Source: an uncultured delta proteobacterium
GTDB taxonomy: Bacteria; Desulfobacterota; Binatia; UBA9968
Direction of reading: 5' to 3'
Assembly (NCBI GenBank): GCA_963745835.1
Contig: CAVUZH010000022.1
Location: 192,001 to 256,000, forward strand
DNA: 64,000 bases
Of the stretch, positions 20,625 to 31,302 are shown in pieces (position 1 is the stretch's first letter; each line of letters opens with the position of its first letter). The translations under genes were made by a program, and so were the position numbers. The notes below the pieces were generated by a model. That model ran no database searches, was not told where the DNA came from, and saw only the letters and a list, made by a program, of their open reading frames with translations.

Positions 20625-21950
20625 TTGACGACTGCTCCGGCAACAGCTACATTGCCACCACATTCCATCACTCGTCTTCCATTCCCGGTGACAATAGACT
20701 CAGAAACAAACGGCGCCAACGACCCCGCGGCGCCCATCCGACCCTGGTCGTCTCTCCTGATTCGGGACTATCGTCTGATTTTCATCACAATCCTGTGTAC
20801 CAACACTTCGATGCACATGCGCAACGTGGCGAGCCTGTACCAGGTCTATCAATTGTCAGGATCCTCGGTGCAGCTTGGTTTGGCGGGATTTTTTCAGGCC
20901 GTTCCGTTTATTTTCTTCGGGCTATTCGGCGGCGTGCTTGCCGACACTTACAATCGCAAGAAACTGATCCTATTCACCGCCGCAATCAACTTGCTGCCGG
21001 GTTTGGCCCTCGGGCTGTTGACCATCAGCGGCGTGGTCCAGGTTTGGCACATCAATGCTCTTAATGTCGTCACCTCATCGCTACAGGTGCTCGGCGGTCC
21101 GTCGCGCCAGGCGATCATCCCTAGCCTGGTGCCGCAATCCTATCTTCTAAACGCAGTGACTTTGTCGACCCTGATGATGCAGGGAACGCAGCTCACCGCG
21201 CCGGTGTTTGCCGGGTTCCTGATCGATTTCTTCGGCTTGGATGCTTCCTATATCGCTGATGCTTTGTTGCTGGTGCCGGCGATTTGTTGTGTTTTGCTGG
21301 TACGCAGTTCAGGGCAACCACAAGGCGCGCGGCGACAAGTAAGCTGGCGCAGCCTGATTGAGGGTTTTGAGTTCCTCTACCATACACGCATCATCCTGTC
21401 GCTGTTTCTCTTGGACTTCTTCGCCGTGCTGTTCGGTTTTTATCGTCCGATACTGCCGATATTCGCCGATGATGTCTTTCAAGTCGGCGCGCGAGGACTC
21501 GGCGCCCTCTATGCCGCGCCCGCAATCGGAGCTCTTATCGGCTCCGGCATGTTGCTGGCTATCGGGGACATAAAGCGTAAAGGAGCGCTGTCGATTGCCG
21601 CGACATTGCTCTTCGCCTTGAGCTTGGGTTTTTTGGGATTGTCGAGATGGTTTTGGCTAGGTTTGATAGCGGTCGGTGTTTTGGGATTGGCTGACGCCAT
21701 CAGCGTGACCATGCGCCGCACGGTCGTGCAGATACTCGCGCCTGACGATATGCGCGGCCGCGCCACCAGTTTTCTGACAGTCTTTGCCCAAACCACCAAC
21801 GCCCTTGGAGCGGTCATTGCCGGCGCCGGAGCGGCGCTGCTTGGCGCGCCCAACGCCGCGCTGGTGGGCTGCATACTTTGCACGCTAACCGTTCTGGCTG
21901 TTTGCTGGGCGATTCCGCAACTGTGGTGGTATCGCTCGGACGCGCCTTGA
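20625..21950 (+). CDS. MFS transporter (EntS/MFS_3-like)
   Basis: About 12 TM; GGVLADTYNRKK, PDDMRGR. Confidence 0.9.
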   Translation: MTTAPATATLPPHSITRLPFPVTIDSETNGANDPAAPIRPWSSLLIRDYRLIFITILCTNTSMHMRNVASLYQVYQLSGSSVQLGLAGFFQAVPFIFFGLFGGVLADTYNRKKLILFTAAINLLPGLALGLLTISGVVQVWHINALNVVTSSLQVLGGPSRQAIIPSLVPQSYLLNAVTLSTLMMQGTQLTAPVFAGFLIDFFGLDASYIADALLLVPAICCVLLVRSSGQPQGARRQVSWRSLIEGFEFLYHTRIILSLFLLDFFAVLFGFYRPILPIFADDVFQVGARGLGALYAAPAIGALIGSGMLLAIGDIKRKGALSIAATLLFALSLGFLGLSRWFWLGLIAVGVLGLADAISVTMRRTVVQILAPDDMRGRATSFLTVFAQTTNALGAVIAGAGAALLGAPNAALVGCILCTLTVLAVCWAIPQLWWYRSDAP

Positions 21951-21957
21951 GGAGGAT

Positions 21958-21988
21958 GGTTCAAACGTTCAAATGTTCAAGGTTGAAC
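21958..21988. repeat. Short GTTCAA/TTGAAC tandem repeat (related copies 25517-25549, 32840-32898)
   Basis: GGTTCAAACGTTCAAATGTTCAAGGTTGAAC in intergenic DNA. Confidence 0.6.
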
Positions 21989-22042
21989 TTGATCAGTTTT
22001 GAACAAAATACGTTTCTCTTCAGCCGGTAGAAACTCAGATAT

Positions 22043-22486
22043 TTAGTTCGCCCCGACTATTTCCTCATAAGTCGGCGCCGGCATGCCATGCTTCCAAGTC
22101 GGATCACACAGCTCCAACATATTGCCGCTCGGATCGAGGAAGTATAATTCGCGACCGGTGAAATGACCTTTCTCCCGGTACACGATCGGCTCAGCGATCT
22201 TCACGCCATTTTCGTGAAACACCCGGCATCCTCTTTCCCACATTTCCGGACTTACCATAAATGCGTGATGAAGCCGATTGTCTTGTTGCGGAGTTCGGAC
22301 GGTTGCGTCGTTGCGGACGCAGAGAAGAATGTTGTGATCGCCGGCTTTAAAGCAGGACATCCCCGAGCCGCCCAAACGTCCCTTGGGTTCCAACCCAAGA
22401 AGCTCGCCATAAAATTTCTCGGCCTCCTCCAGATTGTTTACCGGAATCGACCAGTGGACCACACCGTCAACTTTCAATTCAGCCAT
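22043..22486 (-). CDS. VOC/glyoxalase family protein
   Basis: HWSIPVNNLEEAEKFY, HHAF, YFLDPSGNMLE. Confidence 0.9.
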   Translation of the reverse strand: MAELKVDGVVHWSIPVNNLEEAEKFYGELLGLEPKGRLGGSGMSCFKAGDHNILLCVRNDATVRTPQQDNRLHHAFMVSPEMWERGCRVFHENGVKIAEPIVYREKGHFTGRELYFLDPSGNMLELCDPTWKHGMPAPTYEEIVGAN

Positions 22487-22549
22487 AAGCACCTCCCGAC
22501 AATCAATTGAGCAATAGAATCACAACGAACTGAGATTTTGCAAGTACGG

Positions 22550-23842
22550 TTAACTTTTCTCGAGCAGCACGACTGTTTCCACTTGCTCGGTTTGCGGGAA
22601 CATATCAAAGGGCTGGAGCCGCCGTATGCGATAATGTTGACCCACCAATTTGTGGAGGTCGCGCGCCAGGCTGTTCGGGTTGCATGATACGTAGATTAAC
22701 TTAGGAGCATTCACGGCCATGGTCGCTTCCATCGCCGCCGGCTGAACACCCTTGCGCGGCGGGTTGAGCACGACCAGATCGATTTCATCAAGAGTTTTTT
22801 TTGCTTCGGCCAGTTTTTCTGCCACATCACCCTCAAAAAAACGGCAATTCGATATGCCATTTCTGCGCGCATTCTGTTTGGCCGTGTCGATCGCCAGCGC
22901 GTTGTCATCGATTCCCCAAACCAGACGGGCATCGCCGGCCAAATAGAGCGAGATCGGTCCGACGCCGCAATAGAGATCGAGCACTGTCTCGATGCTCTTT
23001 AACTCTGCCATTTCGACTACCATGTCGTAGAGTCGTTTCGCCGTGGATGGATTGGCTTGTGAAAATACTCCGGCGGGAAATCCAAGAGTCAATGGGCCAA
23101 CCTGCTCGAGCAAGGTGTCGCGACCGGAGATGGTCCGGTAGTGATCTCCCCAGATCACGTTACCGCGCTCTTGGTTAACGTTCTGGATCACGCCATTGAT
23201 GAAAGAAAATTTACGACTCAACGACCGAGACAGTGCGCCTCCTTGAGGAAAATCGCGGTGGCGCGTCACCAAGGTAACGCTCAACTCGCGCTGGCCAAAG
23301 CTGTAGCGGAAGTCGAGATAGCGCAATTGTCCGCTGTCGTCTCTTTCGTCATAAGGCTCGATGCCCAGCTCCAGAATCTTCTTCTTTAGATATTGAAGTA
23401 CCTGATTGACGGGCCGGGGATGTACCGGGCACGATGAGATATCAATCACCCGATGGCTACCCGGCACATAAAGCCCCGTCGCGATTTCGCCACGGCTGCT
23501 GCGCACGACTAGTTTTATGCGCGCCCGATAACCCAGCCGGTGCGGCGCCGCCATCACCGATGACACTTCGGTATGAGCAAGCGACGGGTAGTTCGCCAGC
23601 GCGCCGGTCACGATATCGCGTTTCCTAAGCAGCTGCTCCGGATAAGGAACATGACTAAAAGGACAGCCGATGCAGTTTGGATAATGCGGGCACGAAGACT
23701 CGTACGGCCGATCCGCCGGCGCCAGCCGCTCGCGCGACTGCACCGGTTTGAATCGGGAATCGCGCTGTCTCTTGAATGATTCCCTATGGCTCTCTGATCG
23801 CCGGTTCCTTAGCGATGAGTCGCTGTTGAATTTATTTTTCAC
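22550..23842 (-). CDS. rlmD: 23S rRNA (uracil-C5)-methyltransferase RlmD family
   Basis: CPHYPNCIGC Fe-S motif, FSQAN, DLYCGVG, NPPRKG, YVSCNP, DMFPQT. Confidence 0.9.
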   Translation of the reverse strand: MKNKFNSDSSLRNRRSESHRESFKRQRDSRFKPVQSRERLAPADRPYESSCPHYPNCIGCPFSHVPYPEQLLRKRDIVTGALANYPSLAHTEVSSVMAAPHRLGYRARIKLVVRSSRGEIATGLYVPGSHRVIDISSCPVHPRPVNQVLQYLKKKILELGIEPYDERDDSGQLRYLDFRYSFGQRELSVTLVTRHRDFPQGGALSRSLSRKFSFINGVIQNVNQERGNVIWGDHYRTISGRDTLLEQVGPLTLGFPAGVFSQANPSTAKRLYDMVVEMAELKSIETVLDLYCGVGPISLYLAGDARLVWGIDDNALAIDTAKQNARRNGISNCRFFEGDVAEKLAEAKKTLDEIDLVVLNPPRKGVQPAAMEATMAVNAPKLIYVSCNPNSLARDLHKLVGQHYRIRRLQPFDMFPQTEQVETVVLLEKS

Positions 23843-23897
23843 TGATCAACGATACCGGCCAGCCTGATCCAAATCAATTGCGAAATCTCTTCTTTAC

Positions 23898-24021
23898 CAG
23901 GCTGCTGAAAAGGCCTCATATGCTTCGTTGCGCTTCGCCCGCCTCGCTTCAACGTACTGAAGCGTACGCCTCAGCTCGTCGAATTTTCGCGCCTCGCATC
24001 TGAGGCCTTTTGAGCAACCTG
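23898..24021. mobile_element. ~125 bp MITE-like palindromic repeat, copy 1
   Basis: Terminal inverted repeats CAGGCTGCTGAAAA...TTTTGAGCAACCTG; near reverse complement of 36057-36180; extra TIR-like end to 24045. Confidence 0.8.
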
Positions 24022-24107
24022 CAAACAAGGTTTTCAGACAGCCTGCGAGGTGATAGATTTGCCTGGCATCGTCGTCTCCGCTGCGACAATCATCTCGCTA
24101 GGAAAAT

Positions 24108-24989
24108 ATGGTAGAACCAGTTCCAGATTTGTTCCGTGTAACCTTGCTCGGGACCGGAGCGCCGCCGCCGCTCTTAGGCCGCTTCGGGCCGAGCACCTTG
24201 ATCGAAGCCGGAGATCAAAAATTTATCTTCGATGCCGGGCGCGGCGCCATGCAGCGGCTGCACCAACTCGGCATCCCGTTTGCCGATATCACCGGTTTGT
24301 TGCTCACACACCATCATTCCGATCACGTGGTAGGTTTTGTCGATCTCTGGCTGACCGGCTGGATCGGCCGGCCCTGGGGAAACCGACAAACCCCTCTTCG
24401 GGTTTGGGGTCCTCGAGGGACAAACCAGATGATGGAACATTTACCGTTGGCCTTCGCGGTAGATCTGCGCGTGCGCAGCAGAAGCTATCCCATGGCCGGC
24501 GCCAAACTCGAATCAGAGGAGATCGAAGAAGGAGTTGTTTATTCGCAGAACGGCATCACCATAAGTGCATTCGAAGTCGATCATGGCGGCGAAGAGTTGC
24601 CCGCCTTCGGATACCGGATCGATTATCGAGGATGTTCCGCCGTGCTGTCGGGAGACACGACTTTCAATGAAAATCTAATCGACCATGCGCAGGGCGCCGA
24701 TCTGGTGGTTCACGAAGTCACTGCCGTTAGCGGCACTGCCGCCGAGAGTGCCGCGCAACTAAAACGGATCGGCAGCAATCATACCACCCCGGAGCAAGCC
24801 GGTGAGGTTTTCGCTCGGATCAAACCGAAGCTCGCGGTCTACAACCATCTCTTGCTCTTCGGCGGCGCCACGGCCGACGATTTGATCCCGGCCACCCGCA
24901 AGCAGTATTCCGGCCCGCTGCTCGTGGGAGAAGACTTGATGCGATTCGATGTCGGCGAAAATATCGAACCGCGGCAGTTTCGCAATTGA
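24108..24989 (+). CDS. MBL-fold metallo-hydrolase (RNase Z/AtsA-like)
   Basis: LLGTG, FDAGRG, THHHSDH, SGDT, HTTPEQA. Confidence 0.9.
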   Translation: MVEPVPDLFRVTLLGTGAPPPLLGRFGPSTLIEAGDQKFIFDAGRGAMQRLHQLGIPFADITGLLLTHHHSDHVVGFVDLWLTGWIGRPWGNRQTPLRVWGPRGTNQMMEHLPLAFAVDLRVRSRSYPMAGAKLESEEIEEGVVYSQNGITISAFEVDHGGEELPAFGYRIDYRGCSAVLSGDTTFNENLIDHAQGADLVVHEVTAVSGTAAESAAQLKRIGSNHTTPEQAGEVFARIKPKLAVYNHLLLFGGATADDLIPATRKQYSGPLLVGEDLMRFDVGENIEPRQFRN

Positions 24990-25002
24990 GAAGTATCGTC
25001 CC

Positions 25003-25422
25003 CTACTCGCCGATAATTTTCACCAGCACCCGTTTGCGACGTTTGCCGTCGAACTCGCCATAGAAGATCTGCTCCCACGGACCGAAATCCAAACGGCCGT
25101 CGGTGATGGCGACGACCACCTCCCGGCCCATCACCTGCCGCTTGATGTGCGCGTCGGCATTGTCCTCGCCGGTATCGTTATGACGGTACTGTTTGAGCGG
25201 TTCGTGTGGCGCCAATTTTTCCAGCCAAACACCATAGTCCTGGTGCAGGCCTGATTCGTCATCGTTGATGAACACCGAAGCGGTGATATGCATGGCGTTC
25301 ACCAGGACCAAGCCGTCGTCGACACCGCTTTCTCGAATGCATTCCTGCACCTGCCCCGTGATATTAACGAACGCGACCCGGGTCGGCGTATTAAACCACA
25401 GTTCCTTACGGTAGCTCCTCAT
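25003..25422 (-). CDS. yjbQ: YjbQ family (secondary thiamine-phosphate synthase)
   Basis: [38 protein letters not shown]; RBS AGGAG before 25422. Confidence 0.9.
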   Translation of the reverse strand: MRSYRKELWFNTPTRVAFVNITGQVQECIRESGVDDGLVLVNAMHITASVFINDDESGLHQDYGVWLEKLAPHEPLKQYRHNDTGEDNADAHIKRQVMGREVVVAITDGRLDFGPWEQIFYGEFDGKRRKRVLVKIIGE

Positions 25423-25573
25423 GTGCTCACTCCTAAAACAGTCATTTGATCTATCCTGTAAGAATCTATACAAACTATAAGAGTATGCGTACACCCACCG
25501 GCAACTGCGTGGTTGTCGTTGAACGTTTGAACCGTTGAACTGTTGAACCATTTCACCGGAGGTTAGAGGTTAG

Positions 25574-27035
25574 ATGAGCGAGATTCGATTTATCGACACA
25601 ACCGTGCGTGACGGCAACCAAAGTCTCTGGGCCCTCAACATGCGAGTTGGCGCGATGCTACCGATCGCCGAGCAGATGGACCAGGCCGGCTTCGAATCGA
25701 TGGAGTTCTTCTTGAGCGTCATGTTCAAGAAGTATGTGCGCGAGCTCAAGGAGAACCCATGGGAGTGGGTTCGCGAAGGCACCAAGCGCATCAAGAAAAC
25801 TCGCTTGCGCTATCACGGAGGGATGCACAGCGCTTTCGAGAAAACCCCTCACTGCATTCTCAAGCTGCTGATTGAACGGCTAGTCTCCTATGGCCTTACC
25901 GTAACTCGAACGTCGAACTCCTGGAACGACTTCGCCGACTTCAAAGAAGAAATAGCCGATTTGAAAAAAACCGGCATGGATACTGTCGCCAATCTCATCT
26001 ACTCGGTCTCGCCTCGTCACACCGACGAATACTACGCCCGGAAAGCCAAAGAAGCGGCAGCAAGCAATCCATGGCGAATCTGCTTCAAGGACGTCGGCGG
26101 CTTACTCACGCCAGAGCGAGCGCGGACTCTGATTCCCGTCGTGCTTAAGAGCGCGGGAAAGATCCCGGTGGAATTCCACGCCCATTGCAACAGCGGCCAG
26201 GCGCCGTTGTGCTATCTCGAAGGGGTCAAACTCGGCATGAGAATTCTTCATACCGCCGTGCCGCCGTTGGCCAACGGTTCGTCGCAGCCATCGATCTTCA
26301 ACATCGCGCACAACCTGCGCGCTCTCGGCTATACTCCGATGGTGGATTTGAAACCGCTTGAAGCTGTTGAAAAACATTTCACCGCCGTGGCCAGAAAATC
26401 CGGCTTGCCGATCGGCAAACCGGTCGAGTACGACCAGTCACAATATCTGCATCAAGTCCCCGGAGGCATGATCTCCAACATGCGCCACCAGCTCAAGATC
26501 GTCGGCATGGAGCACAAGATGGAGGCCGCGCTCGACGAAGCCGCTCACGTTCGAAAAGATTTCGGCTATCCGATCATGGTGACGCCGCTGTCGCAGTACG
26601 TCGGCACGCAAGCCGCGATCAACGTGCTTCTCGGAGAGCGTTACAAAGAGGTGCCTGATCAGGTGATTCAGTATGCGCTGGGCTTTTGGGGCAAAGAAGC
26701 GGTCGAGGTCATGGACCCCGATGTTAGAGATAAAATTTTAAGCCGCCCACGCGCCAAAGAATGGACCCATTGGGAACAACCCGAACCGACCCTGAATGAA
26801 GTCAGGCAGAAGCTAGGCGTTCATCTCTCCGATGAAGAGTTGATCTTGCGCTTTTTCGCCGGCGACGACTACGTCAATGCGCTGCCGGACGGCGGCAAGC
26901 CGCGTCGAGTATCTGAACGGAGATCTGCCTTTGGTAAAGCTGATCGAACAGCTCAGCCAGCGCGAGGGTTCGAATCAAATCTTTATCAAGCGACCCGGCT
27001 TCTCGGTCAGGATGGAGAAAAGAAGCGCGGTCTGA
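25574..27035 (+). CDS. Pyruvate carboxylase subunit B / oxaloacetate decarboxylase alpha-like carboxyltransferase, no biotinyl domain
   Basis: DTTVRDGNQSL, CFKDVGG, HAHC, HQVPGGMISN, GYPIMVTPLSQ; probable frameshift near 26905 with the natural stop at 27035. Confidence 0.8.
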
Positions 27036-27191
27036 ATTTTCGTGTTCGTGCTCGCGTGTTCGTGTTCGTTCGGAGTTCTCGATCACTTTTGCCACCGACA
27101 GAATCACGCAAATCCCCGCCTCGCGTCTGAGATCCTGTGAACAGGCTGCAATCAAAATTCAGCAACTTGCTAGATCTTTCGATGATGGCTC

Positions 27192-27319
27192 GGCATGCTG
27201 GTCAAAACGTTCAGATGCAAGGCGCGCGACGTCCGACGAGCGCAGGCGTACTCGAGTTGTACGCCGGAGCGGAGTCGGACGAGCGGAACGCAGCAGCTGG
27301 ACGTTTTCACCAGCATGCC
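27192..27319. mobile_element. MITE-like palindromic repeat, copy 2 (diverged)
   Basis: GGCATGCTGGTCAAAA...TTTTCACCAGCATGCC; shared internal GCAAGGCGCGCGA and GGCGTAC..GTACG. Confidence 0.7.
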
Positions 27320-27960
27320 TAAGGATCGTCGCCGTCCACAGTCCCCACTTCGCAAAGATGGCTGGTATCTCCCCATGTCTGCAGGAACCAGTCGCCCTCT
27401 CGGTAACTGAACACGTTCAATCCCGCATTGGTGAATTCAAACCGGCGCGGCGCATCGAACGGAATTGAAAAGGTGTGGCGGAAGAGGCCGCTCAGCACCC
27501 CTCCATGGGTGACAACCACAACTGTCTCACCCGGATGCTTCCGGCCAAGTTCTGTGAGGTAAGCCACATTGCGCGCGACCTGCTGCCGCACGCTTTCACC
27601 GCCGGGAATCACATAATCCGGACCCACGGAACGGTGCAGCCGATGTTCTTCCGGATACCTCGCTCTGATCTCGTCGCCGTTAAGTCCCTGGAAGATTCCC
27701 AGGTTCCGCTCGCGTAGGCGAGCATCGGTCACAATCTCATGACCGGTCAAAGCGGCGATTATTTGCGCGGTGCGCAGAGCGCGTCCCAGATCACTGCTGT
27801 AAAGTCGCGTAAAATGTTCGCGCCCCAATCGAATAGCCAAAGCATTCGCCTGAGCAATGCCTCTTTCCGTCAGATCGCTGTCGAGATGGCCCTGCCGTAC
27901 GCCGCGATAGTTCCACTGCGTCTGTCCGTGCCGCACAACGATAAATTGAGTTCGCGTCAT
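27319..27960 (-). CDS. Histidine phosphatase (phosphoglycerate mutase) family
   Basis: RHGQT, SSDLGRA, LRER, THGG. Confidence 0.92.
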   Translation of the reverse strand: MTRTQFIVVRHGQTQWNYRGVRQGHLDSDLTERGIAQANALAIRLGREHFTRLYSSDLGRALRTAQIIAALTGHEIVTDARLRERNLGIFQGLNGDEIRARYPEEHRLHRSVGPDYVIPGGESVRQQVARNVAYLTELGRKHPGETVVVVTHGGVLSGLFRHTFSIPFDAPRRFEFTNAGLNVFSYREGDWFLQTWGDTSHLCEVGTVDGDDP

Positions 27961-28124
27961 GGATTGTAAACCTCGCCGACAATGCTTACTCGCACAGCGC
28001 CGGTGCAGATGTCAAATCTTAGCTCCGGAGTTTTTGCGTGGCCAACGAGCACATCAGACAACGATTGCATTTGCCAAGTCACTGTCGTAATTGGACTGCA
28101 GACACTCGGGAAGGAAATCCGTTC

Positions 28125-28937
28125 ATGCCTCTCATCAAACGCCACGAGGTTGAAATCTATTTCGAGACTCATGGTCAGGGCGCGCCGATGATGTTTTTTA
28201 GCGAAACCGCCTGCGCCGGCGATGTTTGGAATATTTTCCAGGTGCCGGAGTTTTGCCGCGATCACAAGGTGATCACTCACGATTATCGGGGCACAGGCCG
28301 CTCGACTAAACCAACCGTCCAATATTCCACGGAAGACTTCGTCGAGGACGCCGTGGCGATTCTCGACCACCTGGACGCGGGACCGGCAATCGTTTGCGGC
28401 CATTCGATGGGCGGAAGAATTATTCAACTATTGGCACTAAAATACCCTGCCAGGGTCAAGAACATGATCATCGCGTCGAGCGGCGCCGGTCATCCGGGAA
28501 TGGCCAAGGGAATCCCTTTCCAGTTATGCAAGGAAATGGTCGAGCTCGGCTATGAACGTTATGTGCGAGATCATACTCTCGAAGTCGGCTGGACCCCGGC
28601 CTACCTCAAACAGAATCGCGATAAGGTCGACCGCTTTCTTAAGGTTCGTCTGGCTAATCTTCCACCGCTGGAAAGTTATTTACGCCACGTCATCGCAAGG
28701 CAGGAACATGACACCACCGATCGTCTCAAAGACATTAAACCACCAACCCTGGTCATGGTCGGTTCCGATGACCATGTGTCGTCAACCGGAAGATCGCATC
28801 GCAAGGATGCGGATATTCTGGCGCGCGGCATTCCCAATGCCACGTTCGTAGAAATTCCGGGTGAAGCGCACAACTATTTTTTCACCAATCCGGATGCGGC
28901 TCACAGAGCAATTCGGAGCTTTTTGGCGGCAAGTTGA
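28125..28937 (+). CDS. Alpha/beta fold hydrolase
   Basis: DYRGTGRS, GHSMGG nucleophile elbow. Confidence 0.9.
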   Translation: MPLIKRHEVEIYFETHGQGAPMMFFSETACAGDVWNIFQVPEFCRDHKVITHDYRGTGRSTKPTVQYSTEDFVEDAVAILDHLDAGPAIVCGHSMGGRIIQLLALKYPARVKNMIIASSGAGHPGMAKGIPFQLCKEMVELGYERYVRDHTLEVGWTPAYLKQNRDKVDRFLKVRLANLPPLESYLRHVIARQEHDTTDRLKDIKPPTLVMVGSDDHVSSTGRSHRKDADILARGIPNATFVEIPGEAHNYFFTNPDAAHRAIRSFLAAS

Positions 28938-29046
28938 GCAATCCAGTTTGACAACAAAAATGTGGAACTAACGTTTCGAATTCAGGATGATTGACAAACA
29001 CCTTCCGCTAACTTAGATGGACGATAGTATCGCAAGGAGGTCCAGT

Positions 29047-29862
29047 ATGTTCGCAAAAATCCGCCATCTAGCGATGTACACTCACGATCACGCCGCGGTG
29101 ACCCATTTCTACCAAACGATTTTTGGCATGAAACGGATGACCAGCGGCACTGTCGATGAAACAGGCAAGCAAAATACCAACCGCGGTCACATCAGCGACG
29201 GCGTCATCGGCATGGCCATTCTGCCGCGATACGCCGGGATACAGTCGGGCATGGACCATTATGGATTCGAAGTCACCGATATCAAGGATTTCGTTCGCCG
29301 GATGGAACAATACTATCCGGACGTAAAGATCGCCAAAGGATTGGAATATGTGCCGTTTGCCGGATTGCGCAGCTACGATCCCGCCGGCACCCAGTTCGAC
29401 ATTGCCCAAGCGCATATAGGCAATGTCCGAGAAGGCTACAACGAAAGCGGCTGGGATCAATCGCGCTGGATCAATCACATATCGATTCGCGCTGATAATC
29501 CGATGGCAGTGGCGGAGTTCTATGAAAAGGTCTTTGAACTAAGAGAAGCAGAGACTTATCGCGACGACGGGTCTATCTGCATGACCGACGGAAAAGTTAA
29601 ACTCTTGCTTCGACCTCGCGACAACGGCCTTTACCGCGGCCTGCGGGAAGGTCTCGACCATGTCGGATTCAAAGTGGAAAGTCTCAAAGCTGCGGCCGAT
29701 GATCTCGATGCGCTGACCGCTTCTTCGCCGGAGGCAGCGCCACGAAAACTCACTGTAGGCCTGCATGGCCAACTGATCGAAAATGATTTCCGCAAATGTT
29801 GCCTCGGCCAACACTTCATATCGGATCCCGATGGTGTGCTGATCGATATGTCAGAGAATTGA
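29047..29862 (+). CDS. Two-domain VOC family protein
   Basis: KIRHLA, DHYGFEV, DPAG / INHISI, DHVGFKV, DPDG; RBS AGGAGG. Confidence 0.82.
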   Translation: MFAKIRHLAMYTHDHAAVTHFYQTIFGMKRMTSGTVDETGKQNTNRGHISDGVIGMAILPRYAGIQSGMDHYGFEVTDIKDFVRRMEQYYPDVKIAKGLEYVPFAGLRSYDPAGTQFDIAQAHIGNVREGYNESGWDQSRWINHISIRADNPMAVAEFYEKVFELREAETYRDDGSICMTDGKVKLLLRPRDNGLYRGLREGLDHVGFKVESLKAAADDLDALTASSPEAAPRKLTVGLHGQLIENDFRKCCLGQHFISDPDGVLIDMSEN

Positions 29863-29882
29863 GATGCTCTGCGACTCAGCAC

Positions 29883-30008
29883 CGCAGGCTGCTCAAAAGA
29901 TCTCATAGGCAAGGCGCGCGAAGATCGACGCGCGGAGGCGTACTCCCAGTACGTCGGAGCGAGAAGACTGAGCGCAACGCAGCATATGAATCTTTTCAGC
30001 AGCCTGCG
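29883..30008. mobile_element. MITE-like palindromic repeat, copy 3
   Basis: CGCAGGCTGCTCAAAA...TTTTCAGCAGCCTGCG between convergent genes. Confidence 0.8.
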
Positions 30009-30009
30009 A

Positions 30010-30690
30010 TCAGTTCAAGGTGCGAGGTGTTATATCCGAATCCGGATCCGCTTGGCCGCCGCCGAGTCGAAGCAGATTGATCAGCGTATTTTCCCTATCC
30101 TTCAGAGTTTGCGCTTCCAGTAACGCTTGTTTCTCCGACGGATGAAACGGCAACGACACTGACAAAAGATTCACCAGTTCCAGATCCGAGAAGCGCTGCG
30201 CCTGCTCCGGTTTGACCTGCATGCCGTGAGCTTGCCCGTATAACGTCAGCGCCTGCAGTATCGCGTCGCGCTCGCACTTCCAACCCTCCGGCAGGGTGGC
30301 ATCGGGAAATTCGCTATAGATGGCTTTGACACGCCGATACCCGCGTCGCAGTTCGAGCTCCTCTTCAAATCTAAAGCGGTTGACACCCTTGAGTTGAATA
30401 AAGAAGCGGCCGTCAGCAGATTTCTCGTATTTCTCGATATAGCCGGCGCAACCGATCTTGTATAGATCCGGTGATTCCTTTTCGGCGTCCGGCCGCGGCT
30501 GATTATCCGGTTGCGGCACGAACGGTTGAATCATGCCGAACACCTTGTCTCCATCCAGAGCATCTTCCACCATGTTGCGGTAACGCGGCTCAAAGATGTG
30601 CAACGGCAACACCGTTCCGGGCAAAACCAAAACTCCCGTCAATGGAAAGATCGGCAGTATTTCCGGCACCGGAATATTTGGAATTTTCAT
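30010..30690 (-). CDS. Lon protease N-terminal substrate-binding domain protein
   Basis: LPIFPL, LPLHIFEPRYRNM, EKQALLE. Confidence 0.9.
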   Translation of the reverse strand: MKIPNIPVPEILPIFPLTGVLVLPGTVLPLHIFEPRYRNMVEDALDGDKVFGMIQPFVPQPDNQPRPDAEKESPDLYKIGCAGYIEKYEKSADGRFFIQLKGVNRFRFEEELELRRGYRRVKAIYSEFPDATLPEGWKCERDAILQALTLYGQAHGMQVKPEQAQRFSDLELVNLLSVSLPFHPSEKQALLEAQTLKDRENTLINLLRLGGGQADPDSDITPRTLN

Positions 30691-30861
30691 TGCCACAGAA
30701 TCTGTCTCAACACCTGTCTGTTTATAGGTTATGGCGCGAGAACGGTCAAGGCGGATGACAACTGGCAGCGCCATTGACAATCCGGGAAGAATCGGCCCTT
30801 GCAATACAGTGCTCGGCTATTCTAGCTTGTCAAAAGTTTACCTGCAGCCTATAGGAATACC

Positions 30862-31293
30862 ATGGTTGAATTTGCGCCGATGGATATCTCGACCGCGACA
30901 GACTTTTTGGCCCGGCATCATTGGGGCGTGTTGACGACCCGAAGAAAGGAAGGCTCGTTGCAGATGTCGCCGGTTACCGTTGGCATCGATCCTGCCGGAT
31001 GCGCCATCATCAGCAGCCGGGAAACCGCATACAAGGTCAACAATCTGCGGCGTGATCCACGCGCCGCGGTGTGTGTCTTCACCAACGAGTTCCACGGCGA
31101 AGGCTGGGTGCAAATCAACGGCAACGCTGAAATCTTATCACTGCCGCAAGCGATGGAGACATTGGTGTACTTAGAACGCCAAGCCAAAGGCGAAAACCGG
31201 GACTGGCCGTCGTTCCACCAACGGATGGCGCGCGAGAAACGGGTCATCATTCGCATCCGCATCGACGACGTGGGACCGAAGCGGCGCGGATAG
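30862..31293 (+). CDS. PPOX-class probable F420-dependent oxidoreductase
   Basis: VLTTRRKEGSLQMSPV, SSRETAYKVNNLRRDPR, Rv1155-like. Confidence 0.82.
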   Translation: MVEFAPMDISTATDFLARHHWGVLTTRRKEGSLQMSPVTVGIDPAGCAIISSRETAYKVNNLRRDPRAAVCVFTNEFHGEGWVQINGNAEILSLPQAMETLVYLERQAKGENRDWPSFHQRMAREKRVIIRIRIDDVGPKRRG

Positions 31294-31302
31294 ATAGGCC
31301 CG

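Noticed and set aside
27036-27410. C-terminal extension of the carboxyltransferase and small ORFs at 27137-27410
   Set aside because: Explained by a frameshift read-through and by translation of the MITE-like repeat
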